A DNA stretch of 64,000 bases from Octopus vulgaris. Taxonomy: Eukaryota. Position 1 is the stretch's first letter; every line of letters begins with the position of its first letter. Both the position numbers and the translations under genes were made by a program. Under the pieces are notes generated by a model. The model was not told where the DNA came from, ran no database searches, and saw only the letters and a program-made list of their open reading frames with translations. Location of the stretch: assembly GCA_951406725.2 (NCBI GenBank), contig OX597840.1:39060001-39124000 (forward strand), written 5' to 3'. This document shows positions 38,421 through 52,795 of the stretch, one piece after another.

Positions 38421-38931
38421 ATATAGGCAGAATCGTTGGTGGAGATCCCTTTATCCAAAAAAGGAAAGATATATAAGGGAGTGAGAGGAATGAGGTATTT
38501 AATGCCCTTTGACGGACAGTATTCAATAGGGCTGTTACGGACCTTGTAGGGCATAACTACTCAACGGTCTACATCAACAATCTCCTAACATCTCCGGTGG
38601 TCTATACAGATACGACGCTCTGTTCGCAGTTCAAAATTGTAGCAACCGGAAAATCGAAAACACGTGAGAAATATTAAGAACTTTTTTGAAAAAAAAACGC
38701 CTGCCTTAGAATCTCCTTCTGTAACCACATTAAAACATACCCTACAACTCTCGTCGCCTACCGTAAAATATAGAAAGCAACATTTTTTTTAGTTTATCAT
38801 ACTTTGATATGAAAAAAATACACAAACATTCATCTCAATAAACCATTCTTGTCCCTGAAAGCTATATTTTATATTTGCTATGGCTGGTTTGAAGCTAACT
38901 TTCTTTCTACACCTCGATTCCTGGATCTTTT

Positions 38932-38995
<64 letters not shown>

Positions 38996-39024
38996 GTGTG
39001 TGTGTGTGTATATGTATATATGTA

Positions 39025-39071
<47 letters not shown>

Positions 39072-39091
39072 ATATATATATGTATGTATAT

Positions 39092-39155
<64 letters not shown>

Positions 39156-39221
39156 GAGCGCACGGCTTATATATTTTTATGTGAGCTTGCATTTGTCTGC
39201 ATACGTTTTTTGCGTATAAGC

Positions 39222-39253
<32 letters not shown>

Positions 39254-39256
39254 ATA

Positions 39257-39287
<31 letters not shown>

Positions 39288-39517
39288 GCAAGTGTGTGCA
39301 TTGTCTTTGCGTCTGTGTTCATGTACGAGAAACTATATGCTTACATAAATATTTCATAATGTACCACTACGTGGATACGTATATAGCTTCAAATATTTAT
39401 ATTCAAGAATATAAAAACATGGAAAACTTCTAAAATATTAAAAAAAAAAACATTCTTAGTGTAATTATATATAGTTATATGTACTATATTATATATAGTC
39501 ATATGAACATTTGCATG

Positions 39518-39562
<45 letters not shown>

Positions 39563-39952
39563 ATACAAATTTATGCTTGCATACATATGTGTGTGTACGT
39601 GTTTGTATTTGTCCGTATGTATAGCTTACCCTGTGAAAAACACATATCACGTGATATCTTTGTTTTCGAAACGTGTTTGCGCATTTTTTTTCAGTGAAAA
39701 AACTAGCATTACCCATTCTTTGAGCTTCCATATCCATAATGAAATTGTTAAAAACACAAGAAACAGAAATTTATAGGAAAGCCAGCGCCATAAAAAAATT
39801 ATTACGTATTTATAAATATCATATATTCTCTCATTCTCGCAGCACATTTTCTCGTTAATATCTGCACCATGTATCTGGATGTGGATTTATGGTGGAAGTT
39901 TTACGCAGCATTGTTCGCACTTCGAATTTTCCTATAGATAATGTATATGCAT

Positions 39953-39993
<41 letters not shown>

Positions 39994-40240
39994 TATACGT
40001 GTGTGTGTGTATATATGTATTTATATATATACATATATATACATATTTATATATATATATACATGTATGTGTAGATGGATGTAGATAGATATATTTATAT
40101 ATATATGTATACATATATATACATATATATCGACACAAAGATAGGTGTTTGTGTATGTATAGAACATACTATTTACACATTTACTGACGCTTACATATTC
40201 TGATATCAGATGTGTTAAAAGACAAACATTCTACAATGAT

Positions 40241-40315
<75 letters not shown>

Positions 40316-40534
40316 AAATGTAAACTCACATACTTATATATATACATATATGGGGTGGAGTGTATGTATACACACATACAGTCATATATATCATCATGCC
40401 TAAAATTTCATATGTTCATAGCATATCTACGCATACACGCGTGCATGCAAACGAGAATACTTGCCGTCATATATGCCATCTTATACACACACACACATAT
40501 ATATATATGCTTATATATATGCATATATATATAC

Positions 40535-40566
<32 letters not shown>

Positions 40567-40884
40567 GTGTATATATATGTATATAGATGTATATATATGT
40601 ATATATATAATATATAGAGAGAGACACACACACACTCACACTTATATGTGTGTGTGTGTGTGTTGCATATGTGTGAGTGCATATGTGTATCTAGCAATAT
40701 GCATTCTAAGTGTTCGAGTACCTGCACATACTTTTATGCATATTAGTGTCATAGTTTTTAAAGTAATCTCGATGTGTGCGTCGATATTTTTGGTTATAAA
40801 ATGCGATATCGCAATACGATACGCACATATATACATATATATATATATACATACGTACACATATATGATATATATATATATATA

Positions 40885-40954
<70 letters not shown>

Positions 40955-41183
40955 GACACACACACAAATGGATATTTTTATTGAAGCATCTATGTCTATT
41001 CAGTCACTTACAGAAAATATATTCTAAAGTAAAATCTCCAGTTTTATTCTGGAGAAACTTCAAAGCAAAGACAAGATAATCGTTTTTAATGTGGTGGAAG
41101 TCATCGACTCCAGTATTTCACTGGTATTTCAGTTTGGTAAAACCATAACCATGTATGCCTATGTATCTATTTTATCTACCCAT

Positions 41184-41287
<104 letters not shown>

Positions 41288-41369
41288 ATATATATATATA
41301 TATATATATCTGTCTGTCTATCTTTAAATCGAAGGCTGTGACAGATTTCAGAATATTTATAAAGAAAAG

Positions 41370-41417
41370 GTCTTACATCTGTTTTCGGGATATTTTACAT
41401 ATTCCTTCATCGGGGAC
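41370..41417 (-). ncRNA. Decayed type I hammerhead motif with CCGATGA core
   Basis: Minus strand GTCC-CCGATGA-A-GGAATAT GTAAA ATATCCC-GAAA-ACAGATGT-A-AGAC; within a ~200-nt island between microsatellites. Confidence 0.55.
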
Positions 41418-41525
41418 GGCGTTAGAAAATGGTTAAGCAATAGTTATTCTAGATAAGATATGAATTAGAGAGTGACGTGGAGGAATGAAAACTGACGTGA
41501 GATATGCAGGGATATTGTATCTTCT

Positions 41526-41559
<34 letters not shown>

Positions 41560-41929
41560 TGTGTGTGTGCGTGTGTGTGTATGTATGAATTATGTTCTTC
41601 ACTAAATTTCCCATCGACCATGATTTTTAATGTCATTATAGTTTACATGCTCCAGTGTTTGTGTGTGTATTTATATTTTTTCACGTCAGCGTTTTTTTTT
41701 TTTTTACTTTTAACTCCCTTCTCCAAATTCTTATATATCGCCTCGCCATGTGTCTCAAGTCAGATATTGAATCTGTATGCAATAAAGTGTTCGCCTGGAG
41801 ATCTATTGCCTTTAGGAATCCAAATGCACGTGGAATATAAAATGGATTAAGCAGACAACTGCCATTGGTGAATCGCATGCAAGAGCTTAAGATTTCTACC
41901 TGTGAAGAACTGCCTTTTTGACAATGTAC

Positions 41930-42054
<125 letters not shown>

Positions 42055-42294
42055 TATACATACATAGAATGAAAGAAAGAGAGAGAGAGAGAGAGAGGAG
42101 ATGGGTGCAAAAGTAGGTATAATCATGAAAAAGAAAGACGTGCAATAGTCATTCACTTTTTTATCAGAAAATTAAAATTTACAATAAAAGTATTATTATA
42201 GTAATGATAAATGTATCATTATGATTAATAACACTGAAAATATAAAAATATGTGGCAACATGATTTAACGTGTTAATAAGGATATTCGTGTGAC

Positions 42295-42565
42295 GGCGTG
42301 TGGCTTAGTGGTTAGGGCATTCGGCTCATGATCGTAAGGTTGTGAGTTCGATTCCCGGCGACGCGTTGTGTCCTTGAGCAAGACACTTTATTTCACGTTG
42401 CTCCAGTCCACTCAGCTGGCAAAAATGAGTTGTACTTGTATTTCAAAGGGTCAGCCTTGTCACTCTCTGTGTCACGCTGATTATCCCCAAGAACTACGTT
42501 AAGGGTACACGTGTCTGTGGAATGCTCAGCCATTTGCACGATAATTTCACGAGCAAGCTGTTCCG
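42295..42565 (+). mobile_element. tRNA-headed CORE-type SINE sharing body Y with family C
   Basis: TGGCTTAGTGG A box, GAGTTCGATTCCC B box, GTGTCCTTGAGCAAGACACTT core; 3' part matches 17897-18030. Confidence 0.8.
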
Positions 42566-42572
42566 GCTACCG

Positions 42573-42785
42573 AGAAGGGGCTAAAAACAGTGGGGACAAA
42601 CAAGGACAAACAAACGGACTAAATCGACTATGTCAACCTCAGTGCGTAGCTGGTACTTATTTCATCGACCCCGAAAGGATGAAAGGCAAAGTCGACCTCG
42701 GAGGAATTTTAACTCAGAACGTAGCAGCAGACTAAATACCGCTAGGCATTTCGTCTGGCGTGCTAAAGTTTATATAAGGTCGCCA
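42573..42785 (-). mobile_element. SINE family B
   Basis: Reverse-complement match to 15941-16178. Confidence 0.82.
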
Positions 42786-42829
42786 TCTATTTACAGGCCT
42801 CCCTCCCTACCTATCAATCAATGTATATC

Positions 42830-43101
42830 CTGAGAACCCCTTCGGTCATAACTGACCATGGATTTGCACCTAGAAATTACCCTCTCAGACCCAAGTATGG
42901 AGAAGTTTGTTAATGAAAGACCAGCAGTTGCCCATGCATACCCGCCTCTCATCTCCACGCCACCAGTCTTATCCAAGGAAAGAGCAAAAGCCGATAGAAC
43001 TTGTCACCAGTGACGTCGCAACTCATTTCTACAGGTGAGTGAATTGTAGCCACTTGAAACGAAGTGTCTTGCTCAAGGATACAACACGCATCCCTGTCCG
43101 G
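42830..43101 (-). mobile_element. Decayed CORE-type SINE with a different body
   Basis: AAGTGTCTTGCTCAAGGATACAACACG is the reverse complement of the core seen at ~42365-42390. Confidence 0.6.
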
Positions 43102-43639
43102 CACCTTCCAGATGTATAGTCAAATTAAATACACACGCTCCACCCCCACCTAGATCGTAATCGCCAGTCCAACGGTAACAACTTCGATTCACAATCACCA
43201 ATACTCCACCTAGAGGATATAGCAATTTTTGACCAGGAGCCAAAACTGTTTTTAAAGTAGCGGTATAAACTTTTGTCTAATAGAAAAGCGAAGATAATTT
43301 ATATCAATCCTCGTTGCGTAAATTCACATTTTCTTGAGATTTTAATTAGTTTATTGCTTACATTTCAATTATTTCTTGGGATGGATTCTTGGATATTCCT
43401 GTTCCAAGAGTAATTGAGTTGGTTGCATCGACCATGCAAACACGCACGCACGCAGAAACGTCAGCTAATTCATGTTATTGGCATCCTCACGTTATTAAGC
43501 AATTTTGTCTCATATTAACCTCCAATTATTAATGTCACGATAAGCAAAGGTATTCAACCTCTGCTGAAGTTAAAGAAATTTACAAAGCGTAGCTAAATAT
43601 TATATCTTTTTATCTTCTGCCCTTTATTTCTACCTGCCA

Positions 43640-43902
43640 TTTTAATGTGGCCATGGTGGGCTCCCGCATTCAAGAATCTTTAGTCGACGGAATCGACCCA
43701 GGACATATTTTTTAAGCCTTGTAGTTTTTCCTAGAGCTCTGTTTCGCTGAATTTCTAAGTTACGTGGACGTAAGCACACCTATACCAGTTGTGATGTGTT
43801 GGTTTTTGTGGAGGGGACTAACACAGACACAAATACAACGTTTTGGTCGGCGCGAAGCTATAGTATAAGATATTTGCCCAAGGTGCCACGCAGTGGGATT
43901 GA
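43640..43902 (-). mobile_element. Decayed SINE family A
   Basis: TTTGCCCAAGGTGCCACGCAGTGGGATTGAA and other colinear blocks. Confidence 0.65.
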
Positions 43903-43910
43903 ATAGAAAA

Positions 43911-44310
43911 CCTATTTCTTGTGGGTACAAGGCGTTAAACACAGAGGGGACAAACAAGGACAGACAAATGAATTAAGTCGATTATATCGACCCCAGTACG
44001 TAACTTGTACTTATTTAATCGACCCCAAGAGGATGAAAGGAATTTGAACTCAGATCGTTACGGCAGACGAAATACCTATTTCTTTACTACCTACAAGGGG
44101 CTAAACACAGAGGGAACAAACAAAGACAGATAAACGGATTAAGTCGATTACATCGGACCCAGTGCGTAAGTGGTACTTATTTAATCGACCCCGAAAGGAT
44201 GAAAGGCAAGGTCGACCTCGGTGGAATTTGAACTCAGAACGTATCGGCAGACGAAATACGGCTACGCATTTCACCCGGCGTGCTAACGTTTCTGCAAGCT
44301 CACCGACTTT
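43911..44310 (-). mobile_element. SINE family B head-to-tail dimer
   Basis: Junction GACGAAATAC|CTATTTCTTT at 44075/44076, identical to 13964/13965. Confidence 0.88.
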
Positions 44311-45129
44311 ATTGAATACAGATCCTTGAAGTTGAGAAGCAAACTTTTTATCAGAGCCACATGTGCGACAGGTGAGCTACGAAATACAGAAAAGCTTTAA
44401 AAAATTTTTGAAAAGATCTCATCTCTAGTCGTGATTTCATCTTTGAAAGAGCCTTGTAACTTCAGGTTCGTTTACCTTAGATTCGTTACAAATATATATT
44501 TCCCCAGTGAGACATAAAGGAGTTCCTTCCATATTTGAGCAGAAGTCGACATTATAAATGTTGGCTCCAGCAGAAAATACTCCCAGAACGTCTGTTGTAT
44601 TGCACATTATCCATTCACAGTGGAATAGAATCCACTTTAATCACACCTTTAAAAGCGGAATTCGGAAGGCTTTACTCCCATCAAACATTTAATTTCTTTA
44701 TCATTGACAAATATACATGCCTGTGCATAAAGCAAAATGCAAAAAAACAAAATGACCCTGAGTGTATACATGTAGCAGTGTGCATGTGAGAGAGTGTATA
44801 TATGAATGTGTGAGTGTCTGTGTGTCTGTGAGTCCTTTTTTATGCATATCTCATTGTATGTGTTTTTATATTTCGCGATGCGACATATTTATGTCTTTTT
44901 ATTTATTTATTTAGTTTTGCAGAATGAAAGCCGATCGTCAAATGTGTGACAACTCTTTCTTGAAACCAAACCATCTGTTGCGATTTGTAAACCAGAGATT
45001 GTAGAGCGTGGCATGGTGTGTACAAATGTATAGGTATACGTATGGCTAAATTTGCAACAAGACAATGGAAGACTATGCCAGAGTTTTGCAAAAGTATGTT
45101 TTACTAATGCTGTTATGTATGCGTTCGCA

Positions 45130-45372
45130 TGTGATCGACGTTATAGATAGGCTCCGCATAGGAACCTCACATGGAGATGACCAGGAATGTTTCATAACTG
45201 TTCAGTCTACTACATATCCAGTGAACACACACATACACACACACACACACAAACATACACACACGTGTTTGTGTGTGTGATGGATTTGTGGTAGACTGAA
45301 CATTTATGAAACATTCGTAGGATTCTCCATGTGAGATTCCTATGCGGAGCGCATCCGTCACGTCCACCACAT
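45130..45372. repeat. Diverged fold-back with a (CA)n/(TG)n centre
   Basis: GCTCCGCATAGGAA..CTCACATGGAGA..GAATGTTTCATAA..TGTTCAGTCTAC mirrored at 45290-45350. Confidence 0.82.
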
Positions 45373-45436
45373 GGCACAACTCCTCTCATTCAAATAAGTT
45401 TAAGTGAAACTTTGCTGAAATTCATTTCATTGTCCA

Positions 45437-45552
45437 TACCTATTTCTTTATTGCCCACAAAGGGACTAAACATAGAGGGGACGAACAAGGACAGGCATAG
45501 GTATTAAGTCGATTACATCGACCCCACTGCGTAAATGGTACTTAATTTATCC
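45437..45552 (-). mobile_element. SINE family B 3' fragment
   Basis: CCTATTTCTTTATTGCCCACAA..GTCGATTACATCGACCCC. Confidence 0.8.
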
Positions 45553-45711
45553 ACGGTAAAGTTGATCTCCACCGAATTCAACTTTAATTTTCATTCTTCC
45601 AGGATCGGTAAAATATGTAACTATAAAACACGGGATTAATGTAACTGACCAGTCTCTCCTACAAAGTTTCTATCATTTTGATTATAGGAGAAAGAATTAT
45701 CATCATTCTGA

Positions 45712-45772
<61 letters not shown>

Positions 45773-45777
45773 TTTTA

Positions 45778-45836
<59 letters not shown>

Positions 45837-45907
45837 GTTAATATTATTATTAGTATTATAATATTTATTATTATTATTTTTATTATTATTATTATTTTTA
45901 TTATTAC

Positions 45908-45938
<31 letters not shown>

Positions 45939-45965
45939 GTTACAATTATTATTATTATTATTATT

Positions 45966-46229
<264 letters not shown>

Positions 46230-46278
46230 ATTATTATTATTATTATTATTATTATATTCATTATTATTATTATTATTA

Positions 46279-46345
<67 letters not shown>

Positions 46346-46350
46346 TCTTA

Positions 46351-46403
<53 letters not shown>

Positions 46404-46481
46404 GTTAATATTATTATTAGTATTATAATTTTTATTATTATTATTTTTATTATTATTATTATTTTTATTATTACTATTATT

Positions 46482-46534
<53 letters not shown>

Positions 46535-46638
46535 CATCATCATCATCATCATCATCATCCTTATTATTATCATCATTATTGTTATTGTTACAATTATTAT
46601 TATTATTATTATTATCATCATCATCATCATCATCATCA

Positions 46639-46690
<52 letters not shown>

Positions 46691-46694
<4 letters not shown>

Positions 46695-46826
46695 TATTAT
46701 TATTTTTATAGCGTGCTTTCACTTCACTACCGAGCGCAGCTCTGTGTGCCTTGGGTATGTGCTGTGATTTGTTGTGATGCTCTGATGGTTATTGTATGGA
46801 AAGTGTTCTGCGTAGGATGTGTGCAG
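46691..46826 (-). mobile_element. Extreme 3' end of an R4/Dong-like retrotransposon in (TAA)n, copy 2
   Basis: Nearly identical to 46094-46229. Confidence 0.7.
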
Positions 46827-46851
46827 ATTATTATTATTATTATTATTATTA

Positions 46852-46939
<88 letters not shown>

Positions 46940-49925
46940 CATTATTATTATTATTATTATTATCCGATGTTACCTGCGGCTAAATATGCGTATTTAATAT
47001 TAAGTGCCTTCCCAGTTACATATGCAAAATATGTAAGGAATAAATAAAGAATATGAGTTGATTGTAACTGTCCAAGGAAATATATTTCGAACGCAAGTTT
47101 GAATGATAAGAGGTTAGATATTAACTTCATTAAAACTAAGTGGATGTGGATACAAGTGATATTTATGGTCTTTCGGTTTCGAATCTATCGGCTAATTATC
47201 GATTACGGACGCAGGAAATTTTTCGCTTCTATTACTAGATAACATGTCGCTTTGGAATTCGATTGTAGACACAGATCAACTAATTTGAACTAATTGGTCA
47301 AAATGGAAGTAATAAAGATCTCAGATGAACTGATAGAGAAGCAAATAAAAATCACCGAATTATTACTATTTATGGAGAAATCGACCCTAAAATTTTAAAA
47401 TCTGGTTTGCTAAAAGGATCTCGGAATGTTATAATTAAGTGATCCCCAGGCAAGATCTCAACGGAGTTCAGTCATAAAATATAACAATAAAATTTATATG
47501 CGTCTACTTAAATTATAGCTCTAACCGAAAGCAAGAACTATATAACATTATGGAGCATCAGATTAAATTTGTCTGAGATTTAACGTAGGCGCCCCCGGAA
47601 TTATAAATTCGCCGTGGAGTTGCATTTATACGCAGTATTAAATCAACTTTGTTTATGCCATGGTGGACAGAACATTTATAAACGTAAAAGGAAAACAAAA
47701 GATTAAAAGATAAATATATCACCATAAACATTGATGTTTACTATTCATCAAGTACACATCACAAATTCGAAAATATAATGTGTGGTCTGCAATAACGTGC
47801 GGATTTTTTTTTTAAGTGTATAGTCGCAGCTGTCGGCATAGGAAGCGGTATTTTTGATTCAAAAGTCATTTGACAGCAGCATCCATGAATAATTCTTTTG
47901 TTATTTTGATTCAACGCCAGCAATTTTAAGGGAAAAGCAAATTCGATTACATCGCCTCCAGCGCAAAGCAGGTGCTTATTTTAACTGTTTTATCGATCCG
48001 GAGAGGAATAATGGCAAAGTCAACGTCGGTTCATGTAAAGCCAAAGAATATGGTACTGGAAGAAATGATGTTGCCCATCTTCCAGCGAATTCTGCCCACT
48101 ATCCGCCTTCGCATGTGTTAATAGCGATTTCAAATTTTGGTACAAAGCCAGCAATTTCAGAGGTTTCAATGACCCCAGTGTTGAACTGGTACTTATTTAT
48201 ATTATTATCGACCCCGAAAGGATGAAAGGTAAATCGACCCCGAATCAATCTGAAAGGAGAACGTAAAGTTGGACAAAATAATTAGCATAATTATTTTGCC
48301 TAAATATGCTCTCCTCCTTAACACGCGTTGATATTTCAGCACAGTTTATTCCGCTGAGGTTGACTTAGCCTTTGGTTAAATCCTAGTAATACTACTGCCC
48401 GTAAAGACCAATGTCTGGCATAACTCAGGTGAACCACACAAACGCATGTGTTCTGGTACCTTGTATTCTTTGCGACCCTGTATGATTACGAAAACCTACA
48501 AAAGAAGAACTAACAAGCGCCATTACATTGTCTGCTCTACTATATTCAATAACAATGTAAAAACGCTGATAATTCTGTCATCGCACATCCTGCGGATGGC
48601 TGACAAAATGACGGCGAAGATCCAGACATCTACATCGTGTCCCTCACTTCAAAATGACCATTGTCGCTAGGATAACATATACAAGTACGTGTTTCAATTA
48701 ACCGATAAAAGCATAAATATATTCGATTTGAATCCATTAATTATTCTATCTCTCTTCGCAAGATTGATATTGTGGACTGCTCTTGCAGCGCACTAAACTA
48801 TAAATCACTGCAATATATATATATATATATAAATATATATATACAGAGAGAAAGAGAGAAAGAGAGAGACAGAGAGGTGAGAGTGATAATGAGGGGGAGG
48901 ACTGAGAGGGAGAGATATCATCGCAAATATCTGGTTACTGTGTTATTCAGAGTACATTATATTCTTCTCACCTTCCAGGATTCTCTGAGATTCTTCCTTA
49001 GTCTCTCTCCCTCTCTCCCTGTCTCACCCTTTCTCTTTATCTTTATATATTTGTGTCTATGAATATATGTGCGTATGTTTTTAGATATGTATGAAGCTAT
49101 GTGTATGCGTCTGTTTACGTGTGTCTCTGCTACATGTGATATTCCCGAATTCAGCATCTAATACATTAAGTCACTTTGTAAATTGAAGGTGAGATCCTTG
49201 TTTTTGTAATTGTATACTTGACGCTTTGGACAGAAAACCTTATCTGTAATAGCTTCCTTCTACAGAACATCCAACGCACACTCAGTGCGTTATTATCTCG
49301 TACAGAATTCCTTGAGTCATCACTAGAAGAATTTCTTTTATCTCATTGTTATTCTATCGTTCTATCGAAGACTTCTTACTTTCTATCCAACCACTCCATC
49401 ATTTCAGACTGATTTCTCTGTCCAGAATAATGTTGTGCGTCCTTATCCGTTCTAGCTTTGTTATAGGCAATCATCTCACACAGATCGAACAATCTGTGAT
49501 GCAGATGGCATCGTATCATAGAAAATACTTTATCTGTCCATTACAGATCGTATTACAGTGTGACGGAGGATAGAATCGGTAGAGCATCGGCAAAAATGTG
49601 AACAATCCTTAGTTACTCTACCTACCGATTTCACATCCTGTCTTGCTCTTAAACACTGTCTTTTGATTAAATAAATACAAAAACGTTTTCAGTGTTCGAT
49701 CTGGTACTGCGCAGTAATTTCGACCAAGTGAACTCTACTATAATTTCATGTTGGCCAATGGCTTGTAAATAAGCTTCCTGTTATATATATATATATAACA
49801 TTATATAACCTCTCATCTATACATGCTGTAAGTATGTATATATATATATATAAAAGGTGTTAATATTTCAACTAGTAGTAAAAAGTACTCGATCAACTAA
49901 GAGACCTGTGCTGTCCGGCACTAGT

Positions 49926-50006
49926 CGCCGTGATAGATCGTTAGCCACTACATACATGTTTTTCTCTCCTTGATTCTCTCATTGTTTTTTCTGTGTCACT
50001 TTCTGT
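49926..50006 (+). mobile_element. Partial CTGTAGA-HHR family element, ending inside the ribozyme core
   Basis: CGCCGTGATAGATCGTTAGCCACTAC..CTTTCTGT matches the reverse complement of 63887-63967. Confidence 0.75.
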
Positions 50007-50019
50007 GTGTATATATATA

Positions 50020-50234
50020 CACAAAATTCAAAGGACTGACCACTAAAAGTGGACGGTCAATATGCTAGATATAGCAATTTTGACGTCTATATTTAGCATA
50101 TTGACCGCCCACTTTTAGTGGTCAGTCCTTTAAATTTTGTATGTAAAAAATATTTCAATCTTCGGATTTTTATAATATGCTAGGCCACTGGTTTTAATTG
50201 ATTAATATCAATTTCTACCCTATATTATATTATG

Positions 50235-50235
<1 letters not shown>
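50020..50235. mobile_element. Asymmetric fold-back element in (TA)n
   Basis: Arms ~50021-50074 and 50087-50140 (AAAGGACTGACCACTAAAAGTGG / CCACTTTTAGTGGTCAGTCCTTT); tail to ~50235. Confidence 0.88.
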
Positions 50236-50288
<53 letters not shown>

Positions 50289-50748
50289 TTATGTATGTAT
50301 TAGTATATATATATATATATATATACACAGAGAAAAAAACACAGAAAGAAGGAGAAAAAAAATATATATATACATACATATATATATACATGCATACATG
50401 CATACATGCATACGTACATATACATAAATAAATGATCACTGGACACATAGTAAATCATTAACATCTCGTTTACGTCTTCTTGACATCGAACTATTGCAGT
50501 GTGGTTATCTCCCTTGTGTTCTACTTCTTGTCTTCTTCTTTACAAGCGTCTCATGTTTAATTGTTATCTGCTCAAAAAACACCTGACAAAAGGTGTTTTT
50601 TGGTGTTTCATCCTTGGTGTATTTTCATCAGTAAACCGTGGGCAGCTGTAATTCCAAAATTTTTGGTTTTTAATTTAAAATTATCTTTACTTCCTTAACT
50701 GATCAAGTGCTTTTCTACTAGTTGAAATATTACCACATTTTAGATATA

Positions 50749-51151
50749 TTACTCTTTTACTCTTTTACTTGTTTCAGTCACTTGACTGCGGCCATGCTGG
50801 AGCACCGCTTTAATCGAACAACTCGACCCCGGGACTTATTCTTTTGTAAGCTCAGTACTTATTCTATCGGTCTCTTTTGCCGAACCGCTAGGTAACGGAG
50901 ACATAAACACACCAGCATCGGTTGTCAAGCAATGCTAGGGGGACAGCCACACAAACACACACACATACATATAAATATATATATACATATATACGACAGG
51001 CTTCTTTCAGTTTCCGTCTACCAAATCCACTCACAAGGCATTGGTCGGCCCGGGGCTATAGCAGAAGACACTTGCCCAAGATGCCACGCAGTGGGACTGA
51101 ACCCGTAACCATGTGGTTCGTTAGCAAGCTACTTACCACACAGCCACTCCT
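50749..51151 (-). mobile_element. SINE family A, full length
   Basis: Colinear with 1024-1434. Confidence 0.9.
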
Positions 51152-51348
51152 TACTTACTTACAACATTACGTATAGATGAGAGGTTATATAATGTGTTTT
51201 TTTTATGTACGCTGTTTCTCTCTGTGTAGGAGGAAGTAGCTGTTTATTTCTCGCAGATTTAAACCAGCGAACAATTTAGGGAAACAATAAGCGTATTCTG
51301 GAACCGACCCCTAATTGTCACTACATATGTTACACCATTTATACTTAA

Positions 51349-51664
51349 CTAGCAGTTAACACCATTTATACTTAACTACAAACCCGGCGTTGCTCGGGTT
51401 TGTAAGGGAATTGACTATATAAGCATTTTTAGAGAGGTACTTCCCTTATAAAATAGCAGAAGAAAATGCATTAAAAATGGGAAAAAATTATGGTAATTTT
51501 TTTTTTAAAATGTAGACTCACGCTAATACCCAGAAGAGCTCGATATGAATCACGACTATAAGATTCCCGCTTTTGGTTAAACTGCACCGCAAAATGTGGG
51601 AGTAGTTAGGAATCTAAATCGTAGGAGACAGACACTCACACAACTTCACTTTTATATATAAAGA
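51349..51664 (-). mobile_element. Non-autonomous Helitron
   Basis: Minus strand starts A|TCTTTATATATAAAA..TGTCTGTCT; subterminal hairpin TACAAACCCG/CGGGTTTGTA (51377-51404); ends CTAG|T. Confidence 0.7.
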
Positions 51665-52251
51665 TATCTAAGGTGGATGTTGAATTGGAGTAAAGTATAG
51701 AGCAACAGAGAAAATGGTTTGCTTTTAATCGTGGTTCGTTTTGTTACTGTTTGTTTAGATTCCGACTTTAAATCCCTCGAAGATCAAGACAATTCTACAT
51801 TCTTCAACGTATAAAATCAAACGCTTAACTTCTCTCCAGAAAGTGTGTAACTATGGTAATATATATTTGAATGATGCTTAGAAATTTTCATTTCACTGAA
51901 TAGACATGGCTTCAGTACTGGCGTTTCTGATTTTGCTACCGTTATTTATTTTCTTTCTTTTTTTATAGATAAAATTTGCTTATTACTCGAGTCTGCATTT
52001 GTCTGTCATCGATAAAGTGATACAAGTATTTCGTTTAATGTAATCGACTATATTCCGCCTCAACAAGTGTCGCTTTGACTTTATACCTTAAGCTGTTTTC
52101 ATTGTTGTTATAAAGTAAATAACACAGAATGAAGAAGAGAGAAATATTTCAAATGCGGGGTACTAGGTTCCGTTCGACCACGTGGCAGCTTGGGCAAGTG
52201 CCTTCTATGATTGTGGGTCGACCATTGTCTTATTATTGAACTTGTTGATGG

Positions 52252-52324
<73 letters not shown>

Positions 52325-52451
52325 TACACAGATATATAGGTAGGTAGATGGATATATATATAGATGTATGTATATACGTGTATGTGGATATATATATATG
52401 TATATATATATATGTGTGTGTGTATGTGTGAGTGTGTGTGTGTGCATATAA

Positions 52452-52502
<51 letters not shown>

Positions 52503-52759
52503 ATTATATATAATAGATCACTTACATAAGGCTTTGGGTTGGGTCGGAAAGTAACAATATATGGAGAACAAAAATAGGGGAATACATACGCGGGTACTGA
52601 TGTACAGGCAGAAAGATAGTCAGATTATGTATACGATTGCCTGTACCCGATTGAGGATATCATGAGTGTTGAGGGTGATAAAGCAATGCATAATGCACTT
52701 AATGTACCGTCCATAATATACTTCGAAGCTATGCAAGGAGCATGTTCCTAGTGTGCGTA

Positions 52760-52795
<36 letters not shown>

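Noticed and set aside
39631-39677. CTGTGA..palindrome ATATCACGTGATAT..GAAACGTGTT
   Set aside because: The core lacks a base and stem I does not pair.
42295-42365. Functional tRNA genes at SINE heads (also 8024 and 23002)
   Set aside because: They have A/B boxes but no clean acceptor stem; the 8024 and 42295 heads run into SINE bodies.
50583-50636. Minus-strand CTGATGA..GAAACAC..TGTC
   Set aside because: Stems I and II are too weak; compatible with chance.
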